DNA of 64,000 nucleotides from an uncultured bacterium (GTDB taxonomy: Bacteria; Bacteroidota; Bacteroidia; J057; JADKCL01). The notes below the pieces were generated by a model. It was not told where the DNA came from. It searched no databases and saw only the letters and a program-made list of their open reading frames with translations. Within the stretch, counting starts at the first letter, position 1. Every line of letters begins with the position of its first letter. The position numbers and the translations under genes are program-made. Location: assembly GCA_963923035.1 (NCBI GenBank), contig CAWUKT010000003.1, positions 58,518 to 122,517 of the forward strand, in the 5' to 3' direction. Of the stretch, positions 27,487 to 35,652 are shown piece after piece.

Positions 27487-28923
27487 ATGAAAGAAATCAC
27501 CACGGTTCAACCCGGCCAATTCGAGCCGGAAAACCATTGGTATCCCAAAGCGTTGAACGCGACCATCCATCCGATGGTCAGTTTCTTCTTTAGCCTCACC
27601 AAAGAGCGCATCGCAAATCGCTATTGCCATTTGCGTCCCACCATTTCCCAAGAAAAACTCCTTGAATATCTCTCCTATAAGCCCAGATACTTCCTATGGG
27701 CTGGGGCAGACCTTTTCAATGTGACAACGGAAGGCGGAAAGCGACAAATGGTGGTCATCGAGAATAACTCCTGTCCCTCCGGACAGAAGTCTATGCCTGT
27801 GGTCAATGATCACGACGAGTATGGCGGCTACCGTCCTCTAATGGAGTATTCCTTCAAAGCGGCATTGAAATCACGGCGTTTACCCAAAGGGGCACTGGCG
27901 GTGATTTACGACAAGAATCCGATGGAAGCATCAGGGTATGCCGCAGCAATGGCCGATGTATTCAATGAACAAGTCTACCTGATTCCTTATTACAAGGATG
28001 AAATTGGACAGAGGGTCCGTTGCAACGAAGGACAGTTGGAATTTTTGAAATCCAATGGAGACTGGCAGCCTCTAAGGGCCGTGTTCCGCTACCTGACCCA
28101 GAAGCCCTGGAATAGACTTCCGGTCAATCAGAAGACCTTTATTTACAATCCTGTGGTCGCCTGTCTGGCCGGAGGCAGGAATAAGATGATCGCGTCCAAA
28201 GCGTATGATTTTTTCAATGGCGAATTGGATGGAACCGGACTAAAAATTAGGACTCCTGAAACAATCTGGGATGTAGCCCAAAATGAGGTTCCCCTCTGGG
28301 TATCCAAGATGGGCGGACAGGCAGTGGTCAAAAACCCTTATAGCAATGCTGGACAGGGAGTTTATACCATTGTCAATGAACAAGAATTGGCTGCTTTTAT
28401 GGAGATGGAATTTGAATATGACCTCTTCATTGTCCAGAGCTTGATTGGCAACTACAATTGGAGTTCGACGACGGCAAGCGGGAAATATTACCATGTAGGA
28501 ACCCTTCCCAACAGACGTGGGGAAACCTATGCCGCCGATCTCCGAATGATGATCTGTGGAACTGCTGATGGATTTCGGCCATTGTCGATTTATTCCCGTC
28601 GGGCACGGCTACCCTTGACCAATGACCTTGAAGCAGGATTGGATTCATGGGGAATGCTGGGAACCAACTTGTCGATCAAAAGAGAAGGTGGTGGTTGGGA
28701 CAGTGATACCAATCGCCTGATGCTCATGGACCGGAAGGACTTTAACCGTATTGGGGTAAGTCTGGATGATATGATCGAGGGTTATGTCCAAACGATATTG
28801 TCCACCATCGCCATTGACAAAATGGCCCGAAACCTCTTCAATTTAAAGGGGAAGTTCAGGAAGAAGTTGTTCCAATCCCTGAACAATGACCCGGCTCTGT
28901 TGGAAGAAATCCTGATTTCATAA
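27487..28923 (+). CDS. ATP-grasp-superfamily ligase, apparently circularly permuted
   Basis: ATP-grasp landmarks are present but out of the usual order. The Mg/ATP-binding E-x-N hairpin sits at residues about 71-99 (WAGADLFNVTTEGGKRQMVVIENNSCPSG). It precedes the NK-helix (GGRNKMIASKAY, about 229-240), the flexible-loop strand (AVVKNPYSNAGQGVYTI, about 279-295), YAADLRMMICG (about 348-358) and GMLGTNLS (about 389-396). Confidence 0.7.
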   Translation: MKEITTVQPGQFEPENHWYPKALNATIHPMVSFFFSLTKERIANRYCHLRPTISQEKLLEYLSYKPRYFLWAGADLFNVTTEGGKRQMVVIENNSCPSGQKSMPVVNDHDEYGGYRPLMEYSFKAALKSRRLPKGALAVIYDKNPMEASGYAAAMADVFNEQVYLIPYYKDEIGQRVRCNEGQLEFLKSNGDWQPLRAVFRYLTQKPWNRLPVNQKTFIYNPVVACLAGGRNKMIASKAYDFFNGELDGTGLKIRTPETIWDVAQNEVPLWVSKMGGQAVVKNPYSNAGQGVYTIVNEQELAAFMEMEFEYDLFIVQSLIGNYNWSSTTASGKYYHVGTLPNRRGETYAADLRMMICGTADGFRPLSIYSRRARLPLTNDLEAGLDSWGMLGTNLSIKREGGGWDSDTNRLMLMDRKDFNRIGVSLDDMIEGYVQTILSTIAIDKMARNLFNLKGKFRKKLFQSLNNDPALLEEILIS

Positions 28924-29942
28924 TGGAACCCCGGCGAAAATATCGCATCCTCATTCTGACTGACCATCGGATTCATTCCCCGGTGGAGTCCATTTACCCA
29001 ATTGCCCGGCAGATGAGTAAGTGGGAACAATGCGCTCACATCGACGTTGTGAGCCGGGGGCTGATCAGTAACAAGGATTTTTTTGAACGGCCTCACAATA
29101 GCTCTGTGAGGGCTGTAAGGGTCACAAAGGAATTTCAGCACCATGAAAATGGAGCATCGTTTAAGGGGGACAACCTTGTAGTTCAACCCATTAACTATGA
29201 TGTTGTCCTGCTCCGCCTTCCAAGGGTAAATTCGATGGATTTCTTCAACCAAATCACCAATACGATCCCGGCAAGGAGAATCATCAATCAACCCGCTGGA
29301 ATCATGGCGACTGGGAGCAAAGACTATCTGTTGAATTTTCCGGACCTGTGCCCTCCCATGCAGTTGTGTACATCCGTTGAAGATGTGCTAGAGTTTAAAT
29401 CTCAATTCCCGGTTGTCATCAAACCCCTGAACAACTCTGGTGGGAAGGGAATCATCCGAATTGATGGTGATAGTGCCTATATCGCCCACTCAAAGACGCC
29501 CCTGGCAGAAGTATTGCCGGTCATCGAGCAGGAAGTGTCAAAAGGCTATCTGGCGGTCAAGTTTCTCAAAAACGTGAACCAAGGGGACAAGCGAATCATC
29601 GTTGCCAATGGAAAAGTGGTTTCTGCTGCGGTTCGCATTCCCGCCGAAGGCTCATGGTTAGCGAATGTTTCAATGGGGGCCAGTTCGGTTCCAGCGGAAC
29701 CAGATGAGGACGAATTGGAAATTGTCAACCGCGTATCTCCGGACCTCAAATCCAACGGTGTCGTACTATTTGGGATTGATACCTTGGTAGATGATTCGGG
29801 AAAACGGGTGCTTTCTGAACTGAATACGAGCTGTGTAAATGGAATTTATCCCGCTGAGATGATTTCGGGAAAACCCATAGTCCAGAGAACTGTTGACCTG
29901 TTAATTGATTATATCCAACAAAACATAGAACCACGTCCATGA
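28923..29942 (+). CDS. GshB/RimK-like ATP-grasp amidoligase (canonical order)
   Basis: The motifs occur in canonical order: VVIKPLNNSGGKGIIRI, then GDKRIIVANGKVVSAAVRIPAEGSWLANVSMGA, then FGIDTLVDDSGKRVLSELNTSCVNG. This parallels the bacterial glutathione synthetase/RimK motif order. The start overlaps the upstream stop (TAATG). Confidence 0.8.
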   Translation: MEPRRKYRILILTDHRIHSPVESIYPIARQMSKWEQCAHIDVVSRGLISNKDFFERPHNSSVRAVRVTKEFQHHENGASFKGDNLVVQPINYDVVLLRLPRVNSMDFFNQITNTIPARRIINQPAGIMATGSKDYLLNFPDLCPPMQLCTSVEDVLEFKSQFPVVIKPLNNSGGKGIIRIDGDSAYIAHSKTPLAEVLPVIEQEVSKGYLAVKFLKNVNQGDKRIIVANGKVVSAAVRIPAEGSWLANVSMGASSVPAEPDEDELEIVNRVSPDLKSNGVVLFGIDTLVDDSGKRVLSELNTSCVNGIYPAEMISGKPIVQRTVDLLIDYIQQNIEPRP

Positions 29943-30907
29943 TGGATGCTATTTCCTTTCCTATTCTTCGGGATTTGGACCTTGAGAAGGTTGAGCCCGG
30001 AACAATTCAGAAATTTTGGGTCCAACTTGCTACTGACGGAATCGGGATGCCGATCGCCGTGCCGGTGATTGTGGCCAAGGGACAAAAGGCTGGCCCGGTG
30101 GTGGGCATTACAGCCGCCGTTCACGGAAACGAATTGAATGGATTGCCCGTAATCCAACGGCTTTTCGCCGAGATTAAACTCGACGATCTTACCGGAACCA
30201 TTGTTGGAATTCTCGTGGTGAATGTGCCTGGTTTACTCCTGGAACAGCGCAAGTTCAATGACGGGATCGATCCCAACCACATCATGCCGGGCAGGGAAAA
30301 TGGCAACAACTCCGAGGTTTTCGTCTTCCGTCTCATGGAAAGAATCGTCAACCGGTTTGAGTATCTGATTGATTTGCATACCGCTAGTTCTGGCCGGATC
30401 AACTCCTACTATATCAGGGCGGACATGAAGGACCCGGTGACCAAACGAATGGCTCTGCTTCAAAATGCAGACATCATTGTTCACAATCCGCCCCGGGACG
30501 GAACTTTGAGAGGAGCGGCTGATGACCTTGGTATCCATGCCATCACATTGGAAGTGGGGGATCCCAACCGTTTCCAGAAGGGAATGATTCGGTCCGGTCT
30601 CACTGGAATTCACAATTTTCTTGTCGATTTGGGAATGCAACAAGGAGAAATAGAAGAACCTGAAAATCCAGTGGTCATCTGTAAGCGCTCCTTTTGGATT
30701 TTCACCCAGGGCGGAGGAATCTTAATGGTGAATCCTGGATTGTGCGAGATGGTTGAAAAGGGACAATCCATTGGGACCCTCAGAACTGTTTTTGGCGACC
30801 CCTTGAAGACCTACCATGCACCGATGGATGGAATTGTCATTGGGAAAAGCGTCAATCCGGTAGCGCAGTCAGGGAGTCGAATTTTGCATTTGGGGGTTGA
30901 GTTTTAG
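29939..30907 (+). CDS. Succinylglutamate desuccinylase/aspartoacylase (AstE/AspA, M14-like) family zinc deacylase
   Basis: Zinc-ligand motifs ITAAVHGNELNG (H-x-x-E) and YLIDLHTASSG (His) are present. Length (322 aa) fits the family. The start overlaps the upstream stop (ATGA). Confidence 0.8.
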   Translation: MMDAISFPILRDLDLEKVEPGTIQKFWVQLATDGIGMPIAVPVIVAKGQKAGPVVGITAAVHGNELNGLPVIQRLFAEIKLDDLTGTIVGILVVNVPGLLLEQRKFNDGIDPNHIMPGRENGNNSEVFVFRLMERIVNRFEYLIDLHTASSGRINSYYIRADMKDPVTKRMALLQNADIIVHNPPRDGTLRGAADDLGIHAITLEVGDPNRFQKGMIRSGLTGIHNFLVDLGMQQGEIEEPENPVVICKRSFWIFTQGGGILMVNPGLCEMVEKGQSIGTLRTVFGDPLKTYHAPMDGIVIGKSVNPVAQSGSRILHLGVEF

Positions 30908-31068
30908 TAAATATTTGTGTCTAACGATATACGGTAAAGATGTATCAAAGCTCTGGAAATATGACCTGAAACGTCTTCCAGATGAAAAAATGTCAACTTT
31001 TTAATTCCTATATTCCTTTGAGACAATCGCCTCCAAGGCTCTAATTCAACCCAATATTCAAATAGAAA

Positions 31069-32286
31069 ATGCGTAGGTCCATGAAAACGATAATCACCCT
31101 GTTGGGATGGATAGTGCTTCAACAAAGCCTTTGGGGACAATTCCAGACCTGTAATTCATCCACAGTCCAAAACCTGTACGATGTTTGTTTCATCAACCCG
31201 AACATTGGGATTGCCGTGGGGGATTCCGGAACGATTGTGAGGAGCTTGGATGGCGGGTTGAACTGGAATTTGGTCATGCAAAACGATACCATCAGCTTCA
31301 AGAAGGTAAAATTTTTCGATGGCTTAAATGGGATCGCGGTAGGATCGGATATTTTCATCACCCAGGATGCGGGGTTGAATTGGTCAGAAGTTCCCAATGG
31401 CAATAGCTACTACTATGATGTTGAGATTCTGAATTCGACCACCTGCCTGATTAGCGGTGAGCCTGCGGCACTGATCAAGTCCACGGACAAAGGGGCTTCA
31501 TTTTCCGACTTGGTAGCAGTTTCAAATTCAAATATGGGATTGCTCAGCTTTGTAAGTGAAACCATTGGCTATGCATGCAACATGGGGGCGGGGGGAAGTT
31601 CTCCTACCTTAAAGACGACCGATGGAGGAGTGACCTGGGACACCATTCCGGGTTGGCCGGGTGTGAATACAGTGATGGAGGCAATGGCCTTTGTTTCAGA
31701 TTCAGTGGGATTCAAAGGGGGCTGGTACAATGCACATTTTCAGAAGACAACCGACGGCGCAGGCCAGTGGGCGGATTTGATCCTCCCTGATTCACTTTCA
31801 ACCACCCAACTGTTAGATTTCCATATTTCCCAAGATGCTCCCAATGCCTATTATGCCTGTGGCTGGTATGGGAAGGTATTCAAGTCCAGTGACGGGGGAG
31901 ACAATTGGATCACCCTGAATGCTGGTCTTCCGAATAACATCTCTCTTCGGGGCATCTACTTCCTGGACGATTCCTTGGGCTGGGTGGTTGGAAACCAAGG
32001 AACCATCCTCAGAACAACCAGTGGCGGCCAATTGGTCGGATTTCCAGAGATCGAGGCCGCTCCTCAGTTTCGGTTATACCCCAATCCCGCCACCGAATGG
32101 TTGAGCATCGTCCATGAAGGTGGAAAAACAAAGTACCAGATTGAAATCTACGACCTGAATGGAAGGTGTATACTCTCCCAAGAACAATTGCACCGGGTGA
32201 ATTTAGAGGGGCTGGCGAGTGGAATGTACCATGTACGGATCAAAACCGAGAAGGGGGCTTTCTCTGGGAAATTCTTGAAAGAGTAA
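31069..32286 (+). CDS. Secreted beta-propeller (BNR/Ycf48-like repeat) protein with type-A T9SS sorting domain
   Basis: Signal peptide MKTIITLLGWIVLQQSLWGQ. It has repeated S-x-D-x-G-x-x-W-type motifs (RSLDGGLNWN, TQDAGLNWS, TTDGGVTWD, SSDGGDNWI). The C-terminal tail reads LYPNPATEWLSI...IYDLNGRCI...GMYHVRIKTEKG. Confidence 0.7.
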   Translation: MRRSMKTIITLLGWIVLQQSLWGQFQTCNSSTVQNLYDVCFINPNIGIAVGDSGTIVRSLDGGLNWNLVMQNDTISFKKVKFFDGLNGIAVGSDIFITQDAGLNWSEVPNGNSYYYDVEILNSTTCLISGEPAALIKSTDKGASFSDLVAVSNSNMGLLSFVSETIGYACNMGAGGSSPTLKTTDGGVTWDTIPGWPGVNTVMEAMAFVSDSVGFKGGWYNAHFQKTTDGAGQWADLILPDSLSTTQLLDFHISQDAPNAYYACGWYGKVFKSSDGGDNWITLNAGLPNNISLRGIYFLDDSLGWVVGNQGTILRTTSGGQLVGFPEIEAAPQFRLYPNPATEWLSIVHEGGKTKYQIEIYDLNGRCILSQEQLHRVNLEGLASGMYHVRIKTEKGAFSGKFLKE

Positions 32287-32462
32287 AGGCTAGATTGAGG
32301 GCTCAATTGGTTTGAAAAGTCCTTTGCTACGTCTTTTTTGACTGTTCATTCTAAGGCTACTTCCCAGTTCCAACACTGGCCATCAATTCAGCATACAGCT
32401 CCCCGTTTTGAAGTGAGTAGGAAAGGGCAAAAGGAATGAGAGGTGATGCTCCCTTTGAAGAA

Positions 32463-33080
32463 TCACCTCTGAAAATCCATCGGAATAATTTCCTCGTCCC
32501 AAATTTCCGGTTCGGCCTTTCGCTGCATCCAGTACCGGTGGGCTGCCCAGGCTCCTCCGATCACGGCCAAAGCCGCACCTCCAATCAACATCGCCTTTCC
32601 CCAGGTGGGTTTAGATTCCACATGGGGTTGGGGCAGTGAAGAAAGTGGTTCTGGTTCAGAAACTGTGGTCCCTATGTTCTCTCTTATTTCCTTACCCACT
32701 GCTTCCAGATGCCCAACTGCCGCTTCCACGGCGTCTCCATCCTCAGCGGTCAACGGTGGTCTCCTCACGACCAAGGCAACTTGAGTCCCCTCTCTGATGG
32801 CTTTTTCCAAATCAGAAAGCGATCCTTCGACCATTCTGAAAACGGCCCTGAGTTGGATCAAGGCTTCCTCTGCTGGTGTGGTGTCGGGGATGGCTTTCAA
32901 GCCATTCGTTCTTTCTGCGGGGTTCAATGCTGGAGCCAGTGACCTGGCAAATCCCTCCTCGGCTCCCGGCAATGGAACATTGCGTTCCAGAAGGAGGATA
33001 ATCCCCCGACGAATTTGGTCCTTGTCAGGTTCAGTTGATGCGAGCCCGTCGGAATAGGGAGTTTCGGTGCCTGTATCCAT
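32463..33080 (-). CDS. Hypothetical protein with a C-terminal transmembrane anchor
   Basis: 205 aa, with an acidic N-terminal part and a single hydrophobic helix near the C-terminus (AMLIGGAALAVIGGAWAAH). No recognised domain. Confidence 0.45.
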   Translation of the reverse strand: MDTGTETPYSDGLASTEPDKDQIRRGIILLLERNVPLPGAEEGFARSLAPALNPAERTNGLKAIPDTTPAEEALIQLRAVFRMVEGSLSDLEKAIREGTQVALVVRRPPLTAEDGDAVEAAVGHLEAVGKEIRENIGTTVSEPEPLSSLPQPHVESKPTWGKAMLIGGAALAVIGGAWAAHRYWMQRKAEPEIWDEEIIPMDFQR

Positions 33081-33201
33081 TTCCCTTCGAAGCGAACCAA
33101 GCTATTCTGCATCACTACCAGGGTGAACAAATCGTGGCCAGCCTCCCAGGCTGGGGTCTCTCTCTATGAAATCATTCATTTCTAATAGGTTTGTTTGAAA
33201 T

Positions 33202-34464
33202 TCAATTCCCCTGCACCAGCGACAACATCACATAGTCATACGCCGCGGCCAGATTCCCGTACTTCCCCTCAACCGCCCTCTTCCCCTGCATATACCCCGA
33301 AAAGCCGCCCTCCCTCACCGCACCGCCGACCGTGTGCATAAACCCGCCCCACGCCTTCATTAAGGTAGAATACCGTTGCCGGTACTCCTTGGCCTTCTTC
33401 GTTGATGCTTTCATATCGCCCAACCACTCCTCCGTCTTCACAAATCCATGCGGATTCCCCCGGTCAAAATACCGCGACGGAATCGGGATGTAGCGGTTTG
33501 GATCGCGTCCCAACCACTCCGACGCAATCTGAATTCGGGTGGAAAGACGGTAGTAAATCGCCGGATACTCCTCTTTGGGCTTCCCCCGGAACTCTTCAAT
33601 GAAAAATCGCTTGATCGGCACGAGTTGACTCGCCGAAAGGTACTCAATCCGATGGTACAACGAACAAACCACCTGGCTCAACAGCCGCGTTCCGTAGTCC
33701 TGAAACGCTTTTGGATCGTCAAAAAGCGGTTTCGCGGCGCCGCCCCGGTTCAATGTCGGGCCACCGTCTTCCCCCGATTCGCCCTCCTGGCACGGAAAAC
33801 CCTCATCGCATTGCCCCCCATTCGCAAAAACAGAAACCGGACCTCCCACCGGTTCATTCGCTTCTCCGGCTCCTGTGTTTTGCGGTTTGAAAATGGGACT
33901 CTTCATCGGGGAAGTGTGGCATCCATCCCCCGGCAGTTGTCCACAACTGCTTTTATTCTTTTTATTTTTTCTTTCTTCTAATGGGGCAAAAGTTTTCGAC
34001 TGTCGAAAAGAATCTGGTGCATCGGGTAAGGTCGAGGCGTCCAGGTCATCGGCTCCCACGCCATTCAGGTAGGCCGTATCGGTGGAGAGCATGACCAAGC
34101 GGGGATGGAATTCGTAGAGCTGGGCGCGTCCGGTAAAGGTCCGCCGCGTGATCGCGCCAGCGTCGAGCAATCGGTCGGACAAATTGCGGATCGTGGCGAC
34201 GGTGCAGTCCAAGACTTTGGCGAGGGACGAGTGGAAGGTCTGGAAAGTCGGCATTCCCGTTTCTCCCAAATTGAACTCCCCGGCCTGTCTCGCATAGAGC
34301 AACAGCATGACCCGAACCAACTGGAAATGCTCCTTGCGCAGTTCCTTTTTCAGGTCGCGTATTCGCTTGCCGTTTTTCACCTGTTTGGCCTCGCGGAGAT
34401 TGTAGGTCTCCATGAAACGACGGGCAGCAGTCCAGCTCTGGTGAAAGTCAATTTTTACTTCCAT
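33202..34464 (-). CDS. Hypothetical element protein with N-terminal winged-helix-like DNA-binding region (possible replication/mobilisation factor)
   Basis: 420 aa. The N-terminal segment SLAKVLDCTVATIRNLSDRLLDAGAITRR resembles a wHTH. There is a low-complexity Gly/Pro/Glu linker and a conserved-looking C-terminal domain. It lies next to the Xis-like and integrase genes. Confidence 0.55.
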   Translation of the reverse strand: MEVKIDFHQSWTAARRFMETYNLREAKQVKNGKRIRDLKKELRKEHFQLVRVMLLLYARQAGEFNLGETGMPTFQTFHSSLAKVLDCTVATIRNLSDRLLDAGAITRRTFTGRAQLYEFHPRLVMLSTDTAYLNGVGADDLDASTLPDAPDSFRQSKTFAPLEERKNKKNKSSCGQLPGDGCHTSPMKSPIFKPQNTGAGEANEPVGGPVSVFANGGQCDEGFPCQEGESGEDGGPTLNRGGAAKPLFDDPKAFQDYGTRLLSQVVCSLYHRIEYLSASQLVPIKRFFIEEFRGKPKEEYPAIYYRLSTRIQIASEWLGRDPNRYIPIPSRYFDRGNPHGFVKTEEWLGDMKASTKKAKEYRQRYSTLMKAWGGFMHTVGGAVREGGFSGYMQGKRAVEGKYGNLAAAYDYVMLSLVQGN

Positions 34465-34560
34465 TCGGCCTGAGGTTTGGTTGTTTGGATTTGTCTACTG
34501 GTATGGAACAAAGCTAGGGGAAAGGATAGGAGAAATTCAAACGGCGAGGTGTCAATACAC

Positions 34561-34610
34561 GCCAAAACAAGCCGTTTTGAGCCGTTTTTGGCCGCATTTA
34601 GCCGTTTTGA
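34561..34610. repeat. 10-bp-phased decamer array (GCCGTTTTGA-type) upstream of the Rep-like gene
   Basis: Consecutive decamers read gccaaaacaa / gccgttttga / gccgtttttg / gccgcattta / gccgttttga. The period is exactly 10 bp and the T-tracts are in helical phase. Confidence 0.6.
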
Positions 34611-34641
34611 GTCCCTCTTTCAAGTGCCTTTCCATGTACGA

Positions 34642-35067
34642 TCAAGATGTTGGGTAGCCGTTAAAACGGTCCTTGTCCATCAATTCCTGAATCCATTCAT
34701 CCATATCTTTCGTAGGCACCACCCAACGCCGTCCCAACTTGAAGCCCGGAACTCTGCCGTCGGCGCACATATAGGTCAACGTCCGACGCGCAATCGAGCC
34801 GTTCAGGAGTTCGTGCAGCTCGTCCAGGTTGATATACTCGGGAGCGGTCCCATTGCTCTTCTGCAACTCTGAATGCAGCCGGACAAACTGTTCTGCGATC
34901 ACCTCGGTCAATCCCTTGATCAACTCTCTGATCAGAACCTGCGTTTCCACCACATCGGTTTTGCTCGCATTGCCCGCGACATCCATCTTGGTACAAATCA
35001 GCGACAGGTCCAGTCCGTTGGTCATCCGGTTCGCTTCCTTCATCGTCCGTGTTTTGGTTTGCCCCAT
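34642..35067 (-). CDS. Excisionase/MerR-type HTH (HTH_17-like) DNA-binding protein
   Basis: The C-terminal segment INLDELHELLNGSIARRTLTYMCADGRVPGFKLGRRWVVPTKDMDEWIQ is a typical Xis/HTH_17 layout. The start is tentatively at MGQTKTR (ATG complement 35065-35067), with an alternative at 35043. Upstream codons of the tracked ORF overlap the operator-like repeat array. Confidence 0.6.
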   Translation of the reverse strand: MGQTKTRTMKEANRMTNGLDLSLICTKMDVAGNASKTDVVETQVLIRELIKGLTEVIAEQFVRLHSELQKSNGTAPEYINLDELHELLNGSIARRTLTYMCADGRVPGFKLGRRWVVPTKDMDEWIQELMDKDRFNGYPTS

Positions 35068-35127
35068 GTTCTTTTTGGTTATGGGACAAAGCTCAGAAAA
35101 AGAGTTCGCAACAGTGGCAGTCTTAGT

Positions 35128-35194
35128 TTGACAGTGACAGCCTTTGACGGCCTCTGTCAATCTTTGTCTGTCAAAGACTGTCAAACCTTGACAG
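35128..35194. promoter_or_regulatory. Operator-like cluster of seven CTGTCAA/TTGACAG heptamers in a divergent intergenic region
   Basis: TTGACAG at 35128, TGACAG at 35135, TTGACGG at 35144, CTGTCAA at 35154, 35168 and 35178, and TTGACAG at 35188. The cluster lies between the Xis-like gene (minus strand) and the 35230 ORF (plus strand). Confidence 0.5.
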
Positions 35195-35229
35195 AGAATG
35201 TCGGATGGATTTGGGGCTAAAATCGGCGA

Positions 35230-35652
35230 TTGGATTCATTCAGGTCGCTTTTCAGTGCTTTGAGAGGGTTGGGGAGAGCTAAAATGAGAGAGGAAACTTT
35301 TTTGAGAAAAAATTCAATATTTTTGCCTCGGCTATTCAAACAACTCCAAAAACAGGGCATGATTGAGAAAATATTGGACCAGTTGGACGACTCCGACCTC
35401 TACGAATACCGGCCCCTTTCCGAATGGGCTGAGTTGCCTATACTGGAACGATTGGGTTGGACCGCCAAACGAATGGCCACCATCGGGAAGATGGGTTTTC
35501 TCCATATTCGGTTTGATCGCGGTCTTCGGACCAATACCACCAATTTGGCCAGCATTCTGAATGCGCTTCATATTCGGCAGGAGTCGCAGAAGGCCCAGGC
35601 CCAAATGGGATTCAACTGGAAAAGTTTCATCGACGAGGTAAAAAGACTATGA
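35230..35652 (+). CDS. Hypothetical element protein
   Basis: A 140-aa ORF divergent from the Xis-like gene. Its stop overlaps the next start (ATGA-type coupling at 35649). The start codon is uncertain, since internal Met codons are possible. Confidence 0.4.
   Translation: MDSFRSLFSALRGLGRAKMREETFLRKNSIFLPRLFKQLQKQGMIEKILDQLDDSDLYEYRPLSEWAELPILERLGWTAKRMATIGKMGFLHIRFDRGLRTNTTNLASILNALHIRQESQKAQAQMGFNWKSFIDEVKRL

Noticed and set aside
24963-30907. A microviridin/graspetide-type RiPP cluster (two ATP-grasp ligases + GNAT), with the small ORFs at 24963, 25215 or 26629 as precursors.
   Set aside because: None of the small ORFs contains the PFFARFL-type leader or a TxKxPSDx(E/D)(E/D)-type core. 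The ligases resemble the GshB/RimK and permuted families rather than MdnB/C-like enzymes. The presence of an AstE/AspA deacylase points to small-molecule chemistry. The idea is kept only as a low-priority alternative.
30904-31140. A 78-aa minus-strand ORF between the deacylase gene and the beta-propeller gene.
   Set aside because: It overlaps the signal-peptide-encoding 5' end of the well-supported 31069..32286 gene, and its composition is not protein-like.
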